NCBI GenBank assembly: GCA_900544595.1
Contig: UQVQ01000003.1
Span: 10,042 to 74,041 of the forward strand
Source: an uncultured Bacillota bacterium
GTDB lineage: Bacteria > Bacillota > Clostridia > Christensenellales > UBA1242
Direction of reading: 5' to 3'
Length of the DNA: 64,000 nucleotides
The position numbers were made by a program, and so were the translations under genes. Of the stretch, positions 52,235-60,374 are shown one piece after another. Each line of letters begins with the position of its first letter. The stretch's first letter is position 1. The notes beneath the pieces are model-generated. The model searched no databases. It saw only the letters and a program-made list of their open reading frames with translations, and was not told the DNA's origin.

Positions 52235-54415
52235 ATGGAAATTTTAAAAGATATAAAACAAATTGAATCAAAACTTAAACAACTTTTTGGATTCGAAATT
52301 GAAATTGATGCTGATGCTTTTATCAATCGCTCGCTAACAAGCGAGGAAATTGAACATCTTGCAAAAAACATAACAAAAGAGGAATTAAGCGAGGACGACA
52401 TTAACTCTTTCTCCGATTTAATTTTCCAACTTAAAAACTATATGTTTGCTCTTTCAAATTTTGTTGCACTTCTTTTAACTGCAAAAAAATATGAAAGTGT
52501 TTTTCATTTTGTTAAAAAGATTTTTGTTGGGCAAATTGGTCAAATTAAATACACTTCGGTTAAGGAAAGTTATTCTTTCTTGGAAAGATATTTCGACCGA
52601 TTTGTTGAGATTGTTAAAAACTGCGAAATAGACAGAAATTTATATTTGCCGCTTATCATTAAAGCATTTGAAAGCGACAAAACCGAAACCCTTTTCAACT
52701 GGAAACGCCCTGCCGTTGAATTTATGCAAAACTTTTTCAATGATAATGAAGATTGGACAATTTCCTATCTTAATTCCAACAAAGAAAACAAATATAAACT
52801 TCTTGAAATCATAACCGATTTCAACACTGCGCGCGGAATTAGAATGCTTATTGACGATTTTGTTTCGGATAATGCCGACGAAGAACAAAATTCCCACATT
52901 CTTAAAAAGTTTAAACGTGAAACTTTCTTAGAGCTTGATAAACGTTTATACGACAACATTCCAGAAGAAGAAAAGGAAAAACTTGCTGGAGTTTTTGTTG
53001 CATTTGGAAGCGACAACGAAGCCCTAACCCGCTTAAACGATTTGTATGAAAAAGCAACATCTTCATCTCTTCGTGATGCAATTGCCGAAAAACTTGAAAT
53101 AATTAAAAGCCCAGAAGTTAAAACAGAAAAACAATTTGTTTACGCCGCAAGACGCAAAGTTAAAGAGCCACAAGAAAGAACTCTTGGGATTCCTTTCGAC
53201 AAAATTGACCTTAAACTTGAAAGCGGCTTCCCTGCTAACAATGTCTTGAAAACATATCTAATCAACATTGTTAAGGAAGAGAACACTCTTTCAAAACTGA
53301 CTAACTTAAACTACCTTTTCAATGTTTTTGAAAGGGAAGGACTTGAAAATTTCGCCGAAAAACTTTACGATGTTGTTTCAAAGAAAAACGACATTAAAGA
53401 AGCAAAATGGGCAATTCGTTTTTGCGCACTTTTTGGAAGTGAAAACTTAATTAAAGAAATGACAAACTTCGCTTGTCAACTTTTTGGGCTTGGAAGATTT
53501 AAAGAGGCAAAGTATTTAACCGAATGTCTTGTTAATTGCGGAAAAGATGAGGTTGCCAAAGTTTTTGCGTCAAACGCAATTAAAAATTTTGACGACGAAA
53601 ATTGGAAACGCGACATGCTTCAAACGCTTGCAAAGAAAGCAGAAATTAACATTTTGGACATTGAAGACCAACTTGCAATTGGAAAAACTTCCCCAAGCGA
53701 AATTGATTTGCAAGTTCAACGCCTTAAAACTGCGTTTCTTAACGGAAGAGAATATTCAAACAAAAACTTTGAAAAGATTTCCAACTTTGAACCTTTCAAA
53801 TCTCTTTTCAAAAAATTGATTTGGGGAGAATATAAAACTGGAAAACTTTATAATGCTTTTGTTTTGGAAGAAAACGAGGAAGGAAAGGTTCAGCGAAAAT
53901 ATCTTCTCAAGCTTTTGGATGAACCACAAGAAAACTTCTCAATTTCAATTCTCCACACTCTTGATATTGACGACCGCTTTGAAAAAATTATTGGTGCAAT
54001 TGAAAATCCTCTTTTCCAACAATTTAAGAAAATTAAGTTTGACGTTAAAGATTATAAAGCACAAACAACGGAAATAAGTAACTTTAACGGAATGTTTGTT
54101 GATGCGAAAAAGTTTGTTGAAAAAATTCAAACCTACGATTTTGTTATAAATCGAAATGAAGGAGAAATAACTTTCAGTTCGCTTATTAACATCAACGAAG
54201 GATTAAAACTTTCTTGCGTTGTTGAATTTAACAAGCCAATCAATTTATCAAGTGTGTATTGCAATCTTGGAAACATCTATTTCTTCAAATTAACCGATCT
54301 TCTTCGCGACGGCGAAAAACATATCTACTCCAAAAACAATGCCCTTTCGGTTATGTCGCTTCCTCCAAGATATTTCGATTTGTGTATGACCGCGGTTGTT
54401 AGTTCGTTGCAATAA
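52235..54415 (+). CDS. Large uncharacterised protein with a C-terminal DUF4132-like region
   Basis: KLIWGEYKTGKLYNAFVLEENEEG ... ISILHTLDID ... NPLFQQFKK resembles the DUF4132 consensus (LvWG.y...aFrv.eDG ... HP..L ... PF.QL.R) as remembered. Confidence 0.5.
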   Translation: MEILKDIKQIESKLKQLFGFEIEIDADAFINRSLTSEEIEHLAKNITKEELSEDDINSFSDLIFQLKNYMFALSNFVALLLTAKKYESVFHFVKKIFVGQIGQIKYTSVKESYSFLERYFDRFVEIVKNCEIDRNLYLPLIIKAFESDKTETLFNWKRPAVEFMQNFFNDNEDWTISYLNSNKENKYKLLEIITDFNTARGIRMLIDDFVSDNADEEQNSHILKKFKRETFLELDKRLYDNIPEEEKEKLAGVFVAFGSDNEALTRLNDLYEKATSSSLRDAIAEKLEIIKSPEVKTEKQFVYAARRKVKEPQERTLGIPFDKIDLKLESGFPANNVLKTYLINIVKEENTLSKLTNLNYLFNVFEREGLENFAEKLYDVVSKKNDIKEAKWAIRFCALFGSENLIKEMTNFACQLFGLGRFKEAKYLTECLVNCGKDEVAKVFASNAIKNFDDENWKRDMLQTLAKKAEINILDIEDQLAIGKTSPSEIDLQVQRLKTAFLNGREYSNKNFEKISNFEPFKSLFKKLIWGEYKTGKLYNAFVLEENEEGKVQRKYLLKLLDEPQENFSISILHTLDIDDRFEKIIGAIENPLFQQFKKIKFDVKDYKAQTTEISNFNGMFVDAKKFVEKIQTYDFVINRNEGEITFSSLININEGLKLSCVVEFNKPINLSSVYCNLGNIYFFKLTDLLRDGEKHIYSKNNALSVMSLPPRYFDLCMTAVVSSLQ

Positions 54416-54467
54416 CACCCGCACCAGCAAAAATTAAATCGAATATATATTAACTTAAGGAGCTAAA

Positions 54468-55835
54468 ATGAAAGTTTATAATTCATTAACACGAAAAAAA
54501 GAAGAACTTGTTGTTGAAAACAACACAGTTAAGATGTATACTTGCGGCCCAACCGTCTATTATTTCCCACATATTGGCAATATGCGTGCCTATCTTTTCA
54601 TGGATTTTCTGCGCAAAAGTTTGAAATATTGCGGCTACAAAATTAACGGCGTTATGAACCTTACAGATGTTGGACACCTTGTTTCCGATTCGGACGAAGG
54701 CGACGACAAAATGGAACTTGCAGCAAAACGCGAAAACAAAGACCCATATGAAATTGCAAAGTTCTACACAAATTGTTTTATGAAAGACGTTTCGCGTCTT
54801 AACATTGAAATTCCAGAGCACATTGCAAAAGCAACCGAGCATATTCAAGAAATGATTGATTTCATTAAACGCCTTGAAGCAAAGGGTTACACCTATATTA
54901 TTGATGACGGGGTCTATTTTGATGTCCAAAAATTTAAAAAATATGGTGCTCTTTCTGGGAAAGACCTTTCAACTGTTGGGGTTAACAGAATTGACGAAAA
55001 CGAACAAAAGCACCACCCTTTCGATTTCGCGCTTTGGAAATTTGTTCCAGCGGAACATATTATGAAATGGAACAGCCCTTGGGGAGTTGGCTGCCCTGGT
55101 TGGCACATTGAATGCTCGGCAATGGGCGAAAAATATCTTGGAAACTCAATCGACATCCACACCGGCGGGATTGACCATAAGCAAATTCATCATGAAAACG
55201 AAATTGCACAAAATGACGCAAAAGAAGGAAAACAAGTTGTTAAAAATTGGATGCATGTTGAATTCCTTCAAGTTGACGGCGGGAAAATGGGCAAAAGTCT
55301 TGGAAACTTATACACTCTCGACCAACTTATTGAAAAAGGATACTCTCCTCTTGATTTCAGATATCTCAATCTTTTAACGCACTATCGCAAAAGCCTTAAT
55401 TTCACTTTTGAAGGATTAACAGCAGCAAAGCAAGCGTTGAAATCGCTTAAACAACTTGCAATTGAACACAAAAACGGAACGGCGCAAGTTTCAAAAGATA
55501 AACTTGACGCATATGAAAAAGAATTCCGTGATGCTCTTTCCGACGACATTAACCTTCCTCTTGCAGTTGGGGTTGTTTGGAAAATGCTTAAAAATGAACC
55601 AAAAAGCAAAGATGTTTACAACCTTCTTATGAAATTCGACACAGTTTTAAGTCTTGACCTTGGGAAGGAAGACGAAGTTGAAATTCCAGAAGAAATTAAA
55701 AATCTTGCAAACGAAAGAGTTCAAGCAAGAGCCGAAAAGAATTGGGCTAAATCCGATGAACTTCGCGATTTGATTAAATCGAAAGGATATTTAATTAAAG
55801 ACACAAAAGACGGATATGAAATTAGCAAAATTTAG
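54468..55835 (+). CDS. cysS: Cysteinyl-tRNA synthetase
   Basis: CGPTVYYFPHIGNMR (HIGH), WHIECSAM, KMGKS (KMSKS). Confidence 0.95.
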   Translation: MKVYNSLTRKKEELVVENNTVKMYTCGPTVYYFPHIGNMRAYLFMDFLRKSLKYCGYKINGVMNLTDVGHLVSDSDEGDDKMELAAKRENKDPYEIAKFYTNCFMKDVSRLNIEIPEHIAKATEHIQEMIDFIKRLEAKGYTYIIDDGVYFDVQKFKKYGALSGKDLSTVGVNRIDENEQKHHPFDFALWKFVPAEHIMKWNSPWGVGCPGWHIECSAMGEKYLGNSIDIHTGGIDHKQIHHENEIAQNDAKEGKQVVKNWMHVEFLQVDGGKMGKSLGNLYTLDQLIEKGYSPLDFRYLNLLTHYRKSLNFTFEGLTAAKQALKSLKQLAIEHKNGTAQVSKDKLDAYEKEFRDALSDDINLPLAVGVVWKMLKNEPKSKDVYNLLMKFDTVLSLDLGKEDEVEIPEEIKNLANERVQARAEKNWAKSDELRDLIKSKGYLIKDTKDGYEISKI

Positions 55836-55860
55836 TCATAACAAAGGAAATTTTTAAACT

Positions 55861-57123
55861 TTGAACAAAAAAACGGAAGATAAAACAAAGAAAGCAAAAA
55901 GCGCCTTAATAACAAGAACAATCATTTTCGCATTGATTGTTCTTGCTCTTTGTTCAACGTTTTTCTTTAAGGAAAAGGTTGAAAATCTTGTTAACTACAA
56001 CTTAAACAAAAATGCTCTTTCAACCGAAATTGATGAAAATGGGCTTAAAGCACATTTCATTGATGTTGGGCAAGGTTCTGCCGCCTTAATCCAGTTTCCA
56101 ACCGGCGAAACTATGATTGTTGATTGCGGCCACTATAAATCTTCAAGCCTTGATAAATTTAAAGACTATTTATGTAAATTTAATTTTAAAAAAGAAAACA
56201 ACGAACAAGTTATCGACTATCTTGTTTTAACTCATCCCGACGCCGATCATATTGGCGGTGCAACATATGTTTTTGAAAACTATTTGGTTAAAAATTGTTA
56301 TCTTCCTCAAATCTATTACTATAACACCGAATCTCCGGAGGACATTCCTTGGGCAATTCCGCCCTCTGCTCCAACTTGCAGCGACGAAACCTATCGCAAA
56401 GTTATAACAAGTTTAGACAACGAAGTTTCTTCTTTTGGTTGCCAAAAAGTTTACGCAAACGAACATATTCGAATTCGCTCTTCATCATATAACGAAGAGA
56501 GCGCAAATTCGTCAAACGAAATGTGGGCTGTCAATTTTTTCGCGCCAATAACAGGAAAACAATACATTTCAAAAGGAGAAGCGATAACAAACGAATATTC
56601 TCCAATCATCATTGTTGAATACATGGGACGAAAAATTATGCTTACGGGCGACGGAAGCAAAAAGCTTGAAACAGATTTTATTTCAAAGGCGCAAGAAAAC
56701 GGCTATGCAGGTTTTTCGGAAACATATTTTGATGTTGACATTTTGCAAATTGCACATCACGGAAGCAAATATTCTTCTTCCGAAAATTTTCTTAACCTTG
56801 TTAAGCCAGAATATGCAATAATTTCCGTTGGTAAAAACAGTTATGGTCATCCTTCGCAAGAGGCAATTGACCGATTAAACAATGCTGGGGTCACCACCAA
56901 TTCAATCTATCGAACAGACAACAACGGCAACATTCTTGTTGGTGTTTCAACTGTTGGAAAACTTTCTCTTGTTGCAAATCATGTTCAATACACAACATAT
57001 AAATTGGAACTTTGGCAAATTGTTTTAATTGGCGTTGGCGCAAGCGCAATAATTATCTACTCCCCATATTTAATTAAATTTTTTAACGTTAAGAAAAAGG
57101 GAGGGAAAAAGGCTAAAAAATAA
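55861..57123 (+). CDS. ComEC/Rec2-related metallo-beta-lactamase-fold hydrolase with N- and C-terminal TM anchors
   Basis: HFIDVGQGSAALIQ, LVLTHPDADHIGG, LQIAHHGS. TTG start. Confidence 0.75.
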   Translation: MNKKTEDKTKKAKSALITRTIIFALIVLALCSTFFFKEKVENLVNYNLNKNALSTEIDENGLKAHFIDVGQGSAALIQFPTGETMIVDCGHYKSSSLDKFKDYLCKFNFKKENNEQVIDYLVLTHPDADHIGGATYVFENYLVKNCYLPQIYYYNTESPEDIPWAIPPSAPTCSDETYRKVITSLDNEVSSFGCQKVYANEHIRIRSSSYNEESANSSNEMWAVNFFAPITGKQYISKGEAITNEYSPIIIVEYMGRKIMLTGDGSKKLETDFISKAQENGYAGFSETYFDVDILQIAHHGSKYSSSENFLNLVKPEYAIISVGKNSYGHPSQEAIDRLNNAGVTTNSIYRTDNNGNILVGVSTVGKLSLVANHVQYTTYKLELWQIVLIGVGASAIIIYSPYLIKFFNVKKKGGKKAKK

Positions 57124-57137
57124 TTTTAGCCAGATTT

Positions 57138-57146
57138 TGCAATAAT
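57138..57146 (+). promoter_or_regulatory. Extended -10 box 6 nt upstream of the PAP2 ATG (leaderless candidate)
   Basis: TGcAATAAT, then atagaa, then the ATG at 57153. No SD. It sits just after the GGCTAAAA/TTTTAGCC terminator hairpin of the upstream gene. Confidence 0.35.
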
Positions 57147-57152
57147 ATAGAA

Positions 57153-57698
57153 ATGAAATTTGAAATTGAGATAATTAAAACACTTCAAAGCGCATCAACT
57201 CCATTTTGGGATTGGTTTTTTAAATTTATTTCCCAACTTGGAAACTATTTTGGTTTTGCAATTGCCTTTGTTGTAATATTCTTTTTGGCAAGCAAAAAAT
57301 ATGCGGTCTATTTTTCTGCAACCTATCTAATTTCTCTTTTAACAAATTGGATTTTGAAAGCAATAATTGCGCGCCCAAGACCATATATTGCCTGCGGCGA
57401 AATTAAAAATGTTTTCCCTGGAGGCGGAGATTCAATGCCAAGCGGCCACACTTTAAGCGCAACAATAATATCTTGTTTTTGCTTATATCTAATTTGGACA
57501 AAATCGAAAAAACTTTGGGTTAAAATTATTTCAACACTTTTGTTTACAATTTTTGTTGGATTTGTTATAGTTTCAAGAATGTATCTTGGGCAACACTATC
57601 TTTCCGACACTCTTGTTGCAGTTGCAATTGGACTTATTTTTTCAACAATTGGAATTTTAATGTATCGAAAAAACGAAAAAGGAGGCAAAACATATTGA
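57153..57698 (+). CDS. PAP2-family phosphatase (BcrC/undecaprenyl-diphosphatase-like)
   Basis: KAIIARPRP, PSGH, SRMYLGQHYLSD. Confidence 0.85.
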   Translation: MKFEIEIIKTLQSASTPFWDWFFKFISQLGNYFGFAIAFVVIFFLASKKYAVYFSATYLISLLTNWILKAIIARPRPYIACGEIKNVFPGGGDSMPSGHTLSATIISCFCLYLIWTKSKKLWVKIISTLLFTIFVGFVIVSRMYLGQHYLSDTLVAVAIGLIFSTIGILMYRKNEKGGKTY

Positions 57699-58108
57699 TA
57701 ACATCAAGCGCAAATGAAACAATGGATTTTGCATACGAACTTGCAAAAAAAATTAAAGCACCAAAGATTATTGTTCTTTCGGGCGATCTTGGTGCCGGCA
57801 AAACAACTTTCACGAAAGGTTTTGCAAAAGGACTTGGAATTAACGAAATTATAACAAGCCCAACTTTCACTCTTCTTAATGAATATGAGGGCAAGGAAAA
57901 AATGTATCACTTCGATATGTATCGCCTTTCGTCGAAAGAAGAAGCCTATGAACTTGGTTTTGAAGACTATTTCAATAAAAACGACGGCATCGTTTTGGTT
58001 GAATGGGCAGAAAATGTTAAAGGACTTTTTTCTCCCCCATACACAAAAATTACATTAAACAAAATTTCAAACACAAAAAGAGAAATTAAAGTTGAGGAAA
58101 TAGTATGA
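57695..58108 (+). CDS. tsaE: tRNA t6A37 biosynthesis ATPase TsaE
   Basis: LSGDLGAGKTTFTKG, SPTFTLLNEY, HFDMYRL. Confidence 0.92.
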   Translation: MITSSANETMDFAYELAKKIKAPKIIVLSGDLGAGKTTFTKGFAKGLGINEIITSPTFTLLNEYEGKEKMYHFDMYRLSSKEEAYELGFEDYFNKNDGIVLVEWAENVKGLFSPPYTKITLNKISNTKREIKVEEIV

Positions 58109-58728
58109 ATATTTTATGTTTAAACACCGCCTTTGCCGAAGCGCACATTACCCTTTCATATAACGGAAAAAACTTTTATAAAACAATTGACGCAAACTCT
58201 AAACACTCCGAGAATCTGCTTGTTCAAATTGAAAAAATCTTTGCACAAGCAGGAGCAAAAAACACAAGCGAATTCTTAAACGAACTTGACGCGCTTGCCG
58301 TTGTTATTGGCCCTGGTTCGTTCACTGGTCTTCGAATTTCAATTGCAACAGCAAAAGCAATTCTTTCTGTTTGTGAAAAAATTAAACCAATTGCAATCGA
58401 TTCTTTAACTCTTATTGCTCATGAAAGCAAAAAAGAAGATAAAACACCAATTCTAGACGCTTTAAGCGGGCTCTATTTCGTTTCAAGTTTTAAAGCAAAT
58501 AAAGAAGTTGAAAAGCCAAAAATGGTTAGCACAAACGAAATCAGCAGCCTTAAAAATCTTGTTTCAATTGAGAATCTTCCTTTTGAAACAGAGATTGTTG
58601 CACTTTCCCCAGCTTCGCTTCTTGAGGTTGCAACAAAAAAAGCAGAAGAAGGAAAATTCACAACCGAAAAAGAACTTGTTCCGCTTTACATTCGTCCAAG
58701 TCAAGCCGAAGCAAACCTTAAAAATTAA
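58105..58728 (+). CDS. tsaB: tRNA t6A37 biosynthesis protein TsaB
   Basis: VIGPGSFTGLRISIATAKA. The start overlaps the tsaE stop. Confidence 0.88.
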   Translation: MNILCLNTAFAEAHITLSYNGKNFYKTIDANSKHSENLLVQIEKIFAQAGAKNTSEFLNELDALAVVIGPGSFTGLRISIATAKAILSVCEKIKPIAIDSLTLIAHESKKEDKTPILDALSGLYFVSSFKANKEVEKPKMVSTNEISSLKNLVSIENLPFETEIVALSPASLLEVATKKAEEGKFTTEKELVPLYIRPSQAEANLKN

Positions 58729-58753
58729 AAAACATGGTAAACCCATGTTTTTA
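58729..58753. terminator. Bidirectional hairpin between the convergent tsaB and rimI genes
   Basis: AACATGG-TAAA-CCATGTT followed by T5. Confidence 0.6.
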
Positions 58754-59173
58754 TATTTTCTTTTCAAAAATGAAAGCGTTTTCGCCGTTCGAATAATATT
58801 TTTTCCGTGTGTAAATATTTTTATAGTTGTTTTTTTGATAAAGTCCAATCGCCTTAAAATTGCTTTCTCGAACTTCAAGCCAAATTTTGTCTATGCATTG
58901 TTTTTTTGCAAGTTTTTCAAGTTTCTCAAGCAATTTCGTTGCAATTCCTCTCCCTCTTTGCTCTTCTTTAACACCAATAAGAAGAAGATTATAACTGTCG
59001 ATTAGGTTGGAAGCAATTAAAAAGGCAACAACTTCTCCGTTTTCTTCTGCCTTTAAAATTATATTTTTCGACTTAAATGCCCCTTCAATTCCCTCTTTTG
59101 TCCAGTCAAAATTTAAAGCCGAAAGTTCAAAAATTTTTTCAATGTCGTCTTTTGTTGCGAATTTTATTTTCAT
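58751..59173 (-). CDS. rimI: GNAT N-acetyltransferase, RimI-like
   Basis: QRGRGIATKLL (acetyl-CoA loop) and WLEVRESNFKAIGLYQKNNY. I chose the ATG at 59173 (MKIKFATKDD); the track start at 59200 is TTG. Confidence 0.75.
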   Translation of the reverse strand: MKIKFATKDDIEKIFELSALNFDWTKEGIEGAFKSKNIILKAEENGEVVAFLIASNLIDSYNLLLIGVKEEQRGRGIATKLLEKLEKLAKKQCIDKIWLEVRESNFKAIGLYQKNNYKNIYTRKKYYSNGENAFIFEKKI

Positions 59174-59179
59174 AATTGC

Positions 59180-59207
59180 ATTATAACTAATTTCAATCAA
59201 AAGACAA
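59180..59207 (-). promoter_or_regulatory. Promoter positioned for a leaderless rimI transcript
   Basis: On the minus strand: TTGTCT, 16 nt, TATAAT, then 6 nt (gcaatt) before the ATG at 59173. No SD. Confidence 0.45.
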
Positions 59208-59376
59208 AACTAATTAAATAAGCATATACATTTAATGTTTTAGGTTTAACTTGAAAATTTTGTAATTTTACTAAAATTTTACCGATAATTCAAATATGTT
59301 GCAAAAAAAACAAAAATTTCTCTTGCAATTTATTCGATTTCATATTAAACTAGGAATGAAAAAGGAAGCTATAAAG

Positions 59377-59613
59377 ATGAATAATAAATTTTCAAAAAAT
59401 AAATTTGTTGCAAACATTAGCAATAAAAAAGAAATCAAAACAAAAGAAGAACTTATTGAAAAAGTTTGTGAGTTTGGCGGGAACGACCCAGAAGCCCCAG
59501 AAGTTAAGGAAATTTTTGGAAGAATGTCGAAACGCGAACTTAATGCAATGATTCAAGAATACGAGAAAAATGTTAAGACACCAAAGTGCCTTGAAACGTT
59601 CCATGAAATGTAA
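59377..59613 (+). CDS. Hypothetical small protein (78 aa)
   Basis: ATG at 59377 after AAAGGAAG. The longer track ORF starts at 59296 without an RBS. Confidence 0.45.
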   Translation: MNNKFSKNKFVANISNKKEIKTKEELIEKVCEFGGNDPEAPEVKEIFGRMSKRELNAMIQEYEKNVKTPKCLETFHEM

Positions 59614-59671
59614 TAATTTTTGAATTGCAGAATAAAAATATATTTATGATAGATAATAATAAAAAAAATAG

Positions 59672-59700
59672 TTGACTTGTTTGTTTGATTGTTGTATTAT
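59672..59700 (+). promoter_or_regulatory. Promoter upstream of greA
   Basis: TTGACT, 17 nt, TATTAT. Confidence 0.6.
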
Positions 59701-59713
59701 CTATCTGCTTTTG

Positions 59714-59747
59714 GAAGAACATTGAACTGTCAATGTGTCTTCTTTTT
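59714..59747 (+). terminator. Intrinsic terminator located inside the greA 5' leader (attenuator candidate)
   Basis: GAAGAACATTGA-ACTG-TCAATGT(G)TCTTC followed by TTTTT. It ends 7 nt before the AGGAGG RBS of greA. Confidence 0.6.
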
Positions 59748-59764
59748 ATTAACAGGAGGACTGA

Positions 59765-60235
59765 ATGGAAAAAACATTTTTAACACCAGAAGGAAAAAAA
59801 CAACTTGAAGACAGACTTGTTGAACTTAAAACAGTTAGAAGGCCAGAAGTAACAAAGAAAATTGGAATTGCAAGAGAGTTTGGCGACCTTTCCGAAAACG
59901 CAGAATATGACGCAGCAAAAGACGAACAAGGGCAAATTGAAGCAGAAATTGCTGAAATTGAAGTTAAACTTCGCAACTGCGAAATCATAAATAAGAAAGA
60001 TATTTCAACAAGCAGTGTTTCCGTTGGTTGCACTGTTAGGTTATATGATGAAGCATTCGACGAAGAAGTTGAATATCAAATTATTGGCTCAACAGAAAGC
60101 GACCCTCTCAAAGGATTGATTTCAAACGAAAGCCCAGTTGGGAAAGCGCTTCTTGGAAAGAAAAAAGGCGATGTTGTTGCTGTTGCAACCCCAGGCGGCG
60201 AAATTGAATATAAAATTCTTTCAATTAAAGCTTAA
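59765..60235 (+). CDS. greA: Transcription elongation factor GreA
   Basis: LTPEGKKQLEDRLVELKTVRRPEV...AREFGDLSENAEYDAAKDEQ...SPVGKALLGKKKGD. Confidence 0.95.
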   Translation: MEKTFLTPEGKKQLEDRLVELKTVRRPEVTKKIGIAREFGDLSENAEYDAAKDEQGQIEAEIAEIEVKLRNCEIINKKDISTSSVSVGCTVRLYDEAFDEEVEYQIIGSTESDPLKGLISNESPVGKALLGKKKGDVVAVATPGGEIEYKILSIKA

Positions 60236-60252
60236 CCTTAAAAAAAACTTAA

Positions 60253-60283
60253 AACTCCACGGATTTTTGCGTGGAGTTTTTTC
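60253..60283 (+). terminator. Terminator after greA
   Basis: CTCCACG-7 nt-CGTGGAG followed by T6. Confidence 0.8.
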
Positions 60284-60339
60284 TTTCATATCATATTTTG
60301 CCGAAGTCATTTATAATATGTTCACATTTTTGAACCAAC

Positions 60340-60370
60340 AAAAAAGAACCTTTGTTTAGGTTCTTTTTTA
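60340..60370 (-). terminator. Terminator after the VirB4-like gene
   Basis: AGAACC-7 nt-GGTTCT with flanking A-runs and T-runs. Confidence 0.7.
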
Positions 60371-60374
60371 ACTC

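Noticed and set aside
54416-54467. T-box riboswitch expected upstream of cysS (and of ileS at 40989-41102).
   Set aside because: The upstream regions are only 52 nt and 114 nt, too short for a T-box (over 180 nt). No specifier-loop or T-box motif (AATTAGGGTGGTACCGCG-like) is present.
58508-59005. 165-aa plus-strand ORF spanning the tsaB 3' end and rimI.
   Set aside because: It is out of frame with tsaB and antisense to the well-supported GNAT gene. It crosses the tsaB/rimI terminator hairpin.
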